Shown here in pieces: positions 48,436-56,832 of a stretch of 64,000 nt of DNA. Below the pieces are notes generated by a model. It was not told the DNA's origin and did no database searches. It was given only the letters and a program-made list of their open reading frames with translations. The stretch lies in assembly GCA_002069885.1 (NCBI GenBank), contig MWCD01000004.1, positions 81,296 to 145,295 of the forward strand. The letters run 5' to 3'. Every line of letters begins with the position of its first letter. Within the stretch, counting starts at the first letter, position 1. Position numbers and translations under genes: made by a program. Origin of the DNA: a bacterium ADurb.Bin236. Lineage in GTDB: Bacteria; UBP15; UBA6099.

Positions 48436-49310
48436 AAAAAGCGTCGCCCGCTCTAGCCGGAGGGCTTCTTCTACTCGGTGTGTTTTTCTGGGGAGTCACA
48501 TTCCCGGTGGTCAAAGAGGCGATGCGGACGCTCGATGTGTTTTCATTTCTTGCGTTCAGATTTTTCGCCGCAGGGGTTCTTCTGTTCGCGATGTATTATA
48601 AGAAAATCGTAAGATGCTCGAAAGCCACAATTATTAAAGGAATCGGAATAGGAGCGCTGCTTGCGCTTTCTTTTGCCGCGCAGACGCTGGGAATAAAATA
48701 CACAACCGTTTCCAACGCGGCATTCATAACTGGACTGTACATAATAGTCGTTCCCGCGGTCGTGGCGATATTGGACAAGCGAGCGCCCGGAGGCGCTCAG
48801 ACGCTTTCGGTTATTATGGCGTTGGCCGGACTGACAATTCTGACATTCACGCTTCCGTTTTCACTCAACGCGGGAGACTGGTGGACGCTGCTCTGCGCGT
48901 TCACGTTCGGGCTGCACGTTGTCTCCATGGGACGAATGATGGGAGACGTGGACGCGGAAGCGTTTTCTGCGATACAGGCAATGACTGTGGCGATTCTATG
49001 CGGAGTCGCCGGGATTTTTTCCACAGGCGGGCTGGATTTCGCCGCGGGGGCCGCGTCGTGGAAAGCGATTCTGTTCTGTGCCGTTCTGGGAAGCGCGTTT
49101 ACTTTCACGGTGCAGGCGCGCTACCAGCGGAGCATTTCCGAAATCAGCGCGGCGGTGATATTCTCAGCCGAGCCGCTGTTCGCGGCTATAGTCGCGAATT
49201 TTTATCCGGGAATCAACGAGCCTCTCACAGCGCGGACGCTGATAGGAGGACTTCTGATTTGCGCGGCGATGGCGGTGTCAGGCGCAAAAACAGCAAAAAC
49301 CCGGAAATAA
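48432..49310 (+). CDS. EamA/DMT family transporter
   Basis: FWGVTFPVVK, RF, AAFITGLY, EPLFAA; about 10 TM helices. Confidence 0.9.
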   Translation: MKKASPALAGGLLLLGVFFWGVTFPVVKEAMRTLDVFSFLAFRFFAAGVLLFAMYYKKIVRCSKATIIKGIGIGALLALSFAAQTLGIKYTTVSNAAFITGLYIIVVPAVVAILDKRAPGGAQTLSVIMALAGLTILTFTLPFSLNAGDWWTLLCAFTFGLHVVSMGRMMGDVDAEAFSAIQAMTVAILCGVAGIFSTGGLDFAAGAASWKAILFCAVLGSAFTFTVQARYQRSISEISAAVIFSAEPLFAAIVANFYPGINEPLTARTLIGGLLICAAMAVSGAKTAKTRK

Positions 49311-49501
49311 CCATCGTTTTATTTTCGAGACATTATTTCTATATGGTTTCAGAGGCGCGTAAATTTGTCTTGTTACAATGTTGCGCTTTTGATGAGTGAA
49401 ATTATGTGCTAAAATCCAATGCGCGGCGCAGATTAGACATCGGACATCATCGCAGCGTCTGAGAATGAAAAATAACACAACAATAATGGAGGATAGATGC
49501 A

Positions 49502-50263
49502 ATGAGAATGCCTTTGATAGCAGGGAACTGGAAGATGAACGGAGACGTGGCGGGAGTTGAAAAGTTTGCAGACGAATTCGAGATTTCGCAGGAAATCATA
49601 GAGAAGCGTCAGATGGCAATCTGCCCGCCATTGACGCTGATGAGCGCGTGGAGAGCGGCCGCCGAAAGCAAACCGCACATCAAGCTCGGAGCGCAGAACG
49701 CGCACTGGAAGTCGAGCGGAGCGTACACCGGCGAAGTGTCTCCCGGAATGCTAAAGGAAGCCGGCTGCTGGTGCTGTATCGTCGGCCATTCAGAGAGACG
49801 GCAGTATTTCGCAGAGAACGACGCTGACGTGAACAAGAAGATGAACGCGCTTCTTGACGCTGGATTGGTTCCGATCGTGTGCGTTGGAGAGACACTGGAA
49901 GAACGCGAGGCTGGAAAGATGGAACAGGTTATAACGACGCAGGTTTCAGGCAGCGTTCTTGCTTCCGCCGACAGAGGCGATCTGTCCGTGATAGTGGTAG
50001 CATACGAACCCGTGTGGGCAATCGGGACAGGCAAAACAGCCACCTCCGATCAGGCGCAGGAAGTCTGCGGACTTATCAGAAAACTGCTTTCGGACAAGCT
50101 TGGCGCGGCTTCTGCGGATGCCATAAGAATTTTGTACGGCGGCAGCGTGAAACCTGACAACATGTCGGAACTCATGTCGAAGCCGGACATCGACGGAGGT
50201 CTTGTCGGCGGGGCAAGCCTTAAAGCGTCGGACTTCATGGGCATAGTAGGATATAAAGGGTAA
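49502..50263 (+). CDS. tpiA: Triosephosphate isomerase
   Basis: AGNWKMN, GAYTGEVS, GHSERR, AYEPVWAIGTG, YGGSVK, LVGGASL. Confidence 0.99.
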   Translation: MRMPLIAGNWKMNGDVAGVEKFADEFEISQEIIEKRQMAICPPLTLMSAWRAAAESKPHIKLGAQNAHWKSSGAYTGEVSPGMLKEAGCWCCIVGHSERRQYFAENDADVNKKMNALLDAGLVPIVCVGETLEEREAGKMEQVITTQVSGSVLASADRGDLSVIVVAYEPVWAIGTGKTATSDQAQEVCGLIRKLLSDKLGAASADAIRILYGGSVKPDNMSELMSKPDIDGGLVGGASLKASDFMGIVGYKG

Positions 50264-50314
50264 GCTGGCGCGCGCGACGGAAACCGCAACGGAACAGAAA
50301 ACGCGGAACGAGCT

Positions 50315-51424
50315 ATGCTGCCGAGGGGTTTTCTAAAAAATCTGGACGCGGGGCTGATCGGCTCCTCCGGGCTGTTGGCTCTGATAGGTCTGGCGTCTCT
50401 GTATTCTTTAGGTCGCCAAGACCCTTCGGGTTGGATGTCGCAATTTTCCTTCAATCAGGCGATGTGGCTTGTCGCCGCCGTCATCCTCGGCGTCGCTTGT
50501 TGGACGCTCAACTACCGCTTATGGGACAGGTTCTCATGGGCGCTGTACATGGTGAATATAGCGTTGCTGGTAGGGTTGCTCGTTGCGGGAATGACGATCA
50601 AAGGCGAGGCCACGATGCGCACCCTCGGAGCAGGCAGCATCCAGCCTTCGGAGCTTGCGAAAGTCCTCTTCATTCTCACTTTCGCCGGATACCTCGCCAG
50701 ATACCGCGAAGAGATGGACAAACTTCTTTTCCTCAGTCTCGCCGCAGCTCAGTTCATACTGCCGTTCATTCTCATAATGCTTCAGCCCGACCTCGGAACG
50801 GCGATAGTGTTCATAATTGTTTTCTTCGCGATGCTTTATGTGAGCGGCGTCGACTGGCTGACTGTTTTCGTGAGCATGGTGGCGCTTGTTTCTGCAGGAC
50901 TCGCGGCCTCGCCTTTCGCGCTTAAAGAGTATCAGTTCAAGCGGTTGATATCGTTCATAAACCCAGACGCTGACCCTCTCGGCTCCGGCTACCAGCTTAT
51001 GCAGTCCAAGATAGCTATAGGTTCTGGAGGCCTTTGGGGAACGGGATTGCTGGACAGTCCGCAATCCGGGTTGGGCTTTTTGCCTGCGTCTCATACTGAT
51101 TTCATATTCTCTTCTATCTGCGAGCAGGCTGGGTTCATAGGCGGGGCCGCCGTCATTCTGCTTTTCGCGTGGTTTCTTTTCAGAGTGGTGCGAATAGCGG
51201 CTCAGGCGGAAGACCTTTTCGCGGTGTACATCGCCGCCGGAGTCTTCGCGATGATCGCCGGTCAGGCCATGATCAATATCGCGATGACAATGGGCTTGTG
51301 CCCGATAACCGGAATACCGTTGCCATTTGTCAGCTACGGCGGAAGCTCGATGCTTGTGAACGCCGTAGCAGTGGGGCTGCTCCTCAACATTTCTATAAGG
51401 CGCAGAAAAATAATGTTCGGCTGA
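50315..51424 (+). CDS. rodA: SEDS family peptidoglycan polymerase RodA
   Basis: IQPSELAK, LQPDLGT, GYQLMQSKIAIGSGG, HTDFIFS, GIPLPFVSYGGSS. Confidence 0.93.
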   Translation: MLPRGFLKNLDAGLIGSSGLLALIGLASLYSLGRQDPSGWMSQFSFNQAMWLVAAVILGVACWTLNYRLWDRFSWALYMVNIALLVGLLVAGMTIKGEATMRTLGAGSIQPSELAKVLFILTFAGYLARYREEMDKLLFLSLAAAQFILPFILIMLQPDLGTAIVFIIVFFAMLYVSGVDWLTVFVSMVALVSAGLAASPFALKEYQFKRLISFINPDADPLGSGYQLMQSKIAIGSGGLWGTGLLDSPQSGLGFLPASHTDFIFSSICEQAGFIGGAAVILLFAWFLFRVVRIAAQAEDLFAVYIAAGVFAMIAGQAMINIAMTMGLCPITGIPLPFVSYGGSSMLVNAVAVGLLLNISIRRRKIMFG

Positions 51425-51462
51425 CGGACCTGCCAAAGGGCCGTCGCTGTGGGAGATAAACA

Positions 51463-52215
51463 ATGTCAATAGATGAAAAGCTCGCAGTTCTCGTGTTGGC
51501 GGCCGGCAAGGGAAAACGCATGAAGTCGGACATCGCCAAGGTGTTGCACGAGGTTGCGGGCAAGCCGATGTTGTCTTACGTTCTGGAAAGGGCGTCGGAA
51601 CTTGCAGCCGCGCGCGTGATTGTCGTCGTCGGACATAAAAAGGAAACCGTCATCTCCATGCTTCCTTCAGGAGTGAGCCACGCCGTTCAAGAGCCGCAGC
51701 TTGGCACCGGTCATGCCGTGATGTGCGCGGAGAGCCTCTTCAGAGACGCTAAGGGAGATATACTAATCCTGTACGGAGACGTCCCGCTGATAACGGCCCG
51801 CACCATCCGTTCGCTTTTGAAAAACCATAGAGAATCGGACAATTCCGGAACGATACTAACCGCGATTCTAGCCGAGCCTGCGGGTTACGGCAGGATTGTT
51901 AGAAACGAATCGGGAGGAGTAGACGCAATAGTCGAACATAAGGACGCCGGGCCGCAAGAACTCGCCATAAAAGAGATAAACACCGGGATATGCTGTTTTA
52001 AAGTCGCCGATCTTCTATCAGTGCTAACGGAAATAAAAGACGACAACGCGCAGGGCGAGTATTACATCACGGACGCAGTGGGTCTGATGAGGAGCCGCGG
52101 GATGCGTGTCGGGGCGGTCGTCGCGTCGAACCCGGCTGAGACGGAAGGCATAAACACGGAAGAACAGAGAGCCGCTGCGGAGCTTGTCATGATAAATCGC
52201 CTCGGCGGCAATTGA
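51463..52215 (+). CDS. GlcNAc-1-phosphate uridyltransferase (GlmU N-terminal domain only)
   Basis: LAAGKGKRMKS, EPQLGTGHAV, LYGDVPL, GYGRIVR, EINTG, NAQGEYYITD, GIN; stops before any hexapeptide-repeat domain. Confidence 0.85.
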   Translation: MSIDEKLAVLVLAAGKGKRMKSDIAKVLHEVAGKPMLSYVLERASELAAARVIVVVGHKKETVISMLPSGVSHAVQEPQLGTGHAVMCAESLFRDAKGDILILYGDVPLITARTIRSLLKNHRESDNSGTILTAILAEPAGYGRIVRNESGGVDAIVEHKDAGPQELAIKEINTGICCFKVADLLSVLTEIKDDNAQGEYYITDAVGLMRSRGMRVGAVVASNPAETEGINTEEQRAAAELVMINRLGGN

Positions 52216-52261
52216 ATAATATTGCGTTTGCTTTGGAAATCACTTTTGCAGATTAAGTCCG

Positions 52262-53068
52262 TCAAAAGCGCGAGCGGCGCGGGCGGACAGCTCCTGAAAG
52301 CAGAAACACTGCGGCTCCGAGCAAGACTATGGACGCGCCGCTAGATATATTCAGATAGTAGCTGACGACAAGACCGCCGATGACGGTGAAAAAAGTGTAA
52401 ACCATCGAAGCGGCGATTACTGCGCGGTAATCATTGAACCACATTCTTGCCGTCGCGGCTGGCAAAACCAGCAGCGCGCTGATAAGCACTATGCCTATGA
52501 CTTTCATGCTCATCACCACGGTTACGGCTATCGCGCCGAGCAGCGCGTAGCGGAGAGCGTCCATAGGGAGCTTGAGAGAGCGCCCGTATTCCTCGTCGAA
52601 ACACATCACAATGAACTCTTTGAAGAACAGAGCGACGACGCCTAGCACGACCGCGCCCATAGCCGCCACCGCGATGATGTCGCCTGAAGTCACAGCAAGA
52701 ATGTTGCCGAATAGATAGCCGAACAAATCTACGGTGTATTGTTTTTTTAAGCCAATTAAGAGAGCGCCCATAGCCATCGCGACGGAGAACATGATGCCGA
52801 TAGCGGTGTCTTCGGAAATCTTCCTCGACTGGCTGACCCGCGCCACTATCAGAGCGGCGGTGAAAGAAAAGACGACCGCGACGCCGACGGGATTAGCTCC
52901 GAGGAAGCTGCCAAGCGCCGCCCCGCCGAAGGCGGTGTGGGATATGCCAACTCCTATGAAGCCGAGGTTGCGGTTCACCACGAAAAAGGAGATCACGGGA
53001 CAAACCAAGCTGACAAGCGCGCCGATTATGAGAGCCCGCTGCATGAATGTGTATTCTAATATTTCCAT
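52262..53068 (-). CDS. znuB: Zn/Mn ABC transporter permease
   Basis: GISHTAFGG, DTAIG, YLFGNIL, SALLVLPAA. Confidence 0.92.
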   Translation of the reverse strand: MEILEYTFMQRALIIGALVSLVCPVISFFVVNRNLGFIGVGISHTAFGGAALGSFLGANPVGVAVVFSFTAALIVARVSQSRKISEDTAIGIMFSVAMAMGALLIGLKKQYTVDLFGYLFGNILAVTSGDIIAVAAMGAVVLGVVALFFKEFIVMCFDEEYGRSLKLPMDALRYALLGAIAVTVVMSMKVIGIVLISALLVLPAATARMWFNDYRAVIAASMVYTFFTVIGGLVVSYYLNISSGASIVLLGAAVFLLSGAVRPRRSRF

Positions 53069-53069
53069 A

Positions 53070-53864
53070 TCAGTCCGCGACCTCAGAGACTTCCCCGCCG
53101 CGCCTGACGACCCGGTGCGGGATGTCCCCGTGCAGAAATATCTCTTTGTGCTCTCCTATGAAACCCTCTGTCACCGGGCATGTCAGTCTTTCAGGCTTGT
53201 CGTGAACCACCACATTCACGTTCACGCAGGCGACTTGGTTGCAAACGCGGGGAATAACGCCCATATCATGGGTAACGATAATGATTGTCAAACCGAGATC
53301 GTCCCTGAGCCTTTCTATCAAAGCGTAGAACGAATCCTGAGAATGAGCGTCCATGCCGGCCGCAGGCTCGTCGAGCAGAAGAAGCTCCGGCTTGGCGGCG
53401 AGCGCGCGGGCTATGAAAACGCGCTGTCTCTGTCCGCCGCTCAATTCGGAGATGTGGCGCGAGCTCATATCGCCCACCTCCATGATTTCAGCCGCTTCAG
53501 CCGCCGCCGCTCGCTCGCTCGCCCCCACCCTCTTCATCATCCCAAGTTCGCCGTACATCCCCATGAGTATCACATCGATGACTTTTATCGGGAAACGCCA
53601 GTTGGCCGAGGCGTGCTGCGGCATATATCCCACGCCCCTGCCGTTGGCGGAACGTCTGAAGTCAAACTCGATCTGTCCTTCCTCAGGTTTTATCAGGCCT
53701 GCGACGAGTTTTAAAAGAGTGGACTTTCCACCGCCGTTTGGGCCGACCATTCCGAACACCTGTCCGCGCTCGACATCCATGCTGACTCCGGCAATAGCCG
53801 GAGTCGCCGCTCCGTCGTATGAAAATGAAATTCCTTTTGCTTTTACAATCGCGTCGGACAACAC
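53070..53864 (-). CDS. znuC: Zn/Mn ABC transporter ATPase
   Basis: GPNGGGKST, LSGGQRQR, LLDEP, VTHD. Confidence 0.92.
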   Translation of the reverse strand: MLSDAIVKAKGISFSYDGAATPAIAGVSMDVERGQVFGMVGPNGGGKSTLLKLVAGLIKPEEGQIEFDFRRSANGRGVGYMPQHASANWRFPIKVIDVILMGMYGELGMMKRVGASERAAAAEAAEIMEVGDMSSRHISELSGGQRQRVFIARALAAKPELLLLDEPAAGMDAHSQDSFYALIERLRDDLGLTIIIVTHDMGVIPRVCNQVACVNVNVVVHDKPERLTCPVTEGFIGEHKEIFLHGDIPHRVVRRGGEVSEVAD

Positions 53865-53865
53865 T

Positions 53866-54828
53866 CTACCTCAACGCTTTTCTCATTTCGCCCAAGTTGT
53901 ATCTCATGAGTTTCAGATAGCTGTCCCTGCCGAGGACGCCGGGGCCTCCGAGGGGATCGAGTATAGCCACTTTAATTCCGGCTTCCTTCGCTATGACATC
54001 GGCTGTTTTCGAGTTCAATTGAGGCTCGGCAAAAATCGCTTTTGCTTTCGACGCTCTGGCTTTGTCCACAATTCTCGCCAACTGCTCCGGCGCAGGCTCC
54101 TTGCCCGGAAATTCCTGTATCACCCCGGCCTGCTCCAGTTCGTAATCCTTTGCCATGTAGTCCCAAGCGGAATGGAAGGTTATGAATTTTCTTCCTGCCA
54201 ACGCTTTAGAGTGGACCGTCAATTCGCCGTCAAGCTTTTTTAGTTCAAGGATATAATCATCGGCTTTCTCCGAAAAATAACCGGAGCTCTCAGGAGCCTT
54301 CTCAATCAAAGCGTCTTTAATCACGCTTACGATTATCATCGCTCTCCTCGGACTAAGCCAGTAGTGCGGATTCGCCTCAATTCCGTCTTCTTGCTCGCCT
54401 TCATGCGCGCTCTCGCCTTCATGTCCGTGTTCGTGAGCCTCTCCCATGATGGGTTTCACATGGTCGGAAAAATGAATCGTTTTAACATCCTTATTCTGAA
54501 CTGAAGAGAGCATTTTATCAGCCCAGAACTCGAACCCGAATCCCACCAGAGCCACAATGTCGGCGTCGCTCAATACCTTCATGTCCGCCGGAAGAGGCTC
54601 GAACGTGTGAGGCGACTGTCCCGGTTGAACTAAGAACTTAACGTCAACATGCTCGCCGCCCACCTGACTTATTATGTCCGCAAGAGGAAATATCGATGTC
54701 ACGACGACGATGCTGTCGTTTTCAGGTTCGACTTTTTTCGTCGGTTTTTTCGAGCACCCCGCCGCCGCGACAATCAAAACAGCCGCCGCTATCGCCGCCG
54801 CGGCATTCATCCCCTGTCTTATCCGCAT
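53866..54828 (-). CDS. znuA: Zn ABC transporter substrate-binding lipoprotein
   Basis: Lipobox AAAGC; SPHTFEP, His/Glu loop EAHEHGHEGESAHE, NPHYWLSP, FHSAW, EP. Confidence 0.92.
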   Translation of the reverse strand: MRIRQGMNAAAAIAAAVLIVAAAGCSKKPTKKVEPENDSIVVVTSIFPLADIISQVGGEHVDVKFLVQPGQSPHTFEPLPADMKVLSDADIVALVGFGFEFWADKMLSSVQNKDVKTIHFSDHVKPIMGEAHEHGHEGESAHEGEQEDGIEANPHYWLSPRRAMIIVSVIKDALIEKAPESSGYFSEKADDYILELKKLDGELTVHSKALAGRKFITFHSAWDYMAKDYELEQAGVIQEFPGKEPAPEQLARIVDKARASKAKAIFAEPQLNSKTADVIAKEAGIKVAILDPLGGPGVLGRDSYLKLMRYNLGEMRKALR

Positions 54829-54943
54829 GTCAAAGCCTCCTGAATACTATCGTTGAGTAGATTCTATAGCGCGCCGCAACGAACGACAACCTAGTTGAAT
54901 CCGCGCGGAAATCATGCGCCCCGCGAATAATTGCTGAAGCTAC

Positions 54944-55366
54944 TCAACCGAGGTTGTTCATTATCTTTTGGATTATCTCGTCTTTTTCCGCGCCGCTCAA
55001 TTCGACCTGCTTGAATTCCATCGTAACGCCGTCGTTCTCATATCTCGGAAGCACGTGAAAATGCGAATGCATAACACGTTGCCCTGCGGCGGCTCCCACA
55101 TTGTTAATGAAATTAATTCCATCGCAGCCTACAGCGCTCTTCACTGCGGAGGCGACTTCGCTCATCAGCTTCGAGCAGTCCGCCAACTCCTCTGTGGTCA
55201 TCTCCAGCAAATCCTGCCTGTGCTCCTTTGTTATTATGAGAGCGTGCCCCTTGGTGGCCGGAAAGGCGTCCAGCATCGAAACGCATGTGTCATTCTCCGC
55301 GATAAAACGCACAGGGATTTCGCCTGCGATTATTTTACAGAATATGCAATCCGGATTCTTTGCCAT
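54944..55366 (-). CDS. HIT family hydrolase
   Basis: CIFCKII, GHALII, GQRVMHSHFHVLPR. Confidence 0.93.
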   Translation of the reverse strand: MAKNPDCIFCKIIAGEIPVRFIAENDTCVSMLDAFPATKGHALIITKEHRQDLLEMTTEELADCSKLMSEVASAVKSAVGCDGINFINNVGAAAGQRVMHSHFHVLPRYENDGVTMEFKQVELSGAEKDEIIQKIMNNLG

Positions 55367-55476
55367 GTTCGTTCTCCATGAGTTTCCGCCAACCGTTCGC
55401 GGCGGACTTTTTCTGAGTAAATATTATCACAGCGCCGAAATACTTAAAACAGTTTAATCTTGCCGTTTATGTCTAT

Positions 55477-56703
55477 TCAGATAATCTCGACGCCTTTTTT
55501 CCTCGGCTTTGAAGGCAGTTTTATCTGCATTGGGAAATCGCCTTGGATATCGCGTTTGGTAGGATAGCCGACGGAAATGAGAGCGACTATGCGGGAGCGG
55601 CTAGGCGCTTCTATAATCCTTGCCGCCCTGCCCTCATGGAAATCGGGCATAATGTTCAGCGCTAATCCCAACTCGGCGGCCATAAGAGATATGTGAGAAA
55701 TCGCGATCGGCACGTCAATCATAAAATAAGGCTGTTCTTTGCCGCGCGCGCGTTGAGCGCCGTCATCAGCAATCGCCGCAATTACAACTCCCGCTTCCGG
55801 GAAAGGCGTCTGAAGCCCCCTCTCATTGTGCGCGCACGATTCGAGCCTCCATTGATTCTCCTTGCAGCGAATTATCACAAATCGCCATATCTGACTGTTA
55901 GAAGAAGACGGAGCGAGCCGCGCGGCTTCCATCAGCCAGTTCAATTTCCACTCTTCAACATCCTTCTTCGCGAACGTGGAAACAAACCTCGTCTTTTTCA
56001 GAAGCCCCGGCACGATGTCATCGGCGTTCATGCCCGCCGATATTGAAGCGCCAGCAAGAAGCTCTGCGTCCGGCGTAAGGTCCCATACAGCCGGCTTTCC
56101 GAACTTTTCCAAGAACACTGTTTCAGTCAGCGGCCTTCTCTGATAGTGGAGTCTCTTCTTAATAAACCTGTCGAACTGCCCCGTGATGTCCAAGGGAGTT
56201 ATCTGTTTCTGAAAAGGTATGCCGATCGGCGACATTGCGACTATTCGCGTTCCTTTAGGCAGCTCCAATGCCTTTGCCACCGGAGCTTCGTCGAAAGCTC
56301 CCAGCCAACAAGTTCCCAAGCCCGACGCTCTAGCGGCCAGCGCGAAGTTCTCAAAGGCCATCGCCGTCTCCATAAGGTAAAACTGCTTGTCTCCCTTTCT
56401 CGGAGCGGAGTCTGGGTTAGCCGTGACGCACACCATCCCCGGTATGTCACCTGCTGCCATCCAAACATTGGTTTTCCCCTTAAAGCCGGACATAGCGGCT
56501 TTTCTGCACGCCGCCGCCTGTTTCTCCTCCAAAATAACTTTAATGTTCCAAGAGGGAGAACTGCCGAATGCGGCGGACAGCCGCGCTGCCGCTACCGCGC
56601 CGTTCAGCGCCTTTTTCGGCGCGACTTCAGACTCATATTTTCTTACACTTCTTCTTAATCTGATAACTTCAATAAGAGAAACGGGTTCCTTGATTTCTGC
56701 CAT
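55477..56703 (-). CDS. Tandem (double-domain) nitroreductase family protein
   Basis: RRSVRKY..SPSW..LAARASGLGTCW, repeated as RLAPSSSNSQIWRF..LMAAELGL. Confidence 0.85.
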   Translation of the reverse strand: MAEIKEPVSLIEVIRLRRSVRKYESEVAPKKALNGAVAAARLSAAFGSSPSWNIKVILEEKQAAACRKAAMSGFKGKTNVWMAAGDIPGMVCVTANPDSAPRKGDKQFYLMETAMAFENFALAARASGLGTCWLGAFDEAPVAKALELPKGTRIVAMSPIGIPFQKQITPLDITGQFDRFIKKRLHYQRRPLTETVFLEKFGKPAVWDLTPDAELLAGASISAGMNADDIVPGLLKKTRFVSTFAKKDVEEWKLNWLMEAARLAPSSSNSQIWRFVIIRCKENQWRLESCAHNERGLQTPFPEAGVVIAAIADDGAQRARGKEQPYFMIDVPIAISHISLMAAELGLALNIMPDFHEGRAARIIEAPSRSRIVALISVGYPTKRDIQGDFPMQIKLPSKPRKKGVEII

Positions 56704-56832
56704 CTCGCCCCCCGGTCATTTTTTATTCACAGGCTTGTGCAATATTTCACTTGTTGGATTTTATTATAGCGCTTATGGCAAATATTGGTCAAAATTCGAT
56801 TATTTTACGACAAACCAATTTCTGCCAGAGCG

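Noticed and set aside
50534-54243. Long antisense ORFs (50534..51469, 52734..53714, 53353..54243)
   Set aside because: Shadows of rodA and znuBC on the opposite strand; no motifs or RBS; expected in GC-rich coding DNA.
54829-54943. Zur box upstream of znuA
   Set aside because: No convincing palindrome visible in the short intergenic region.
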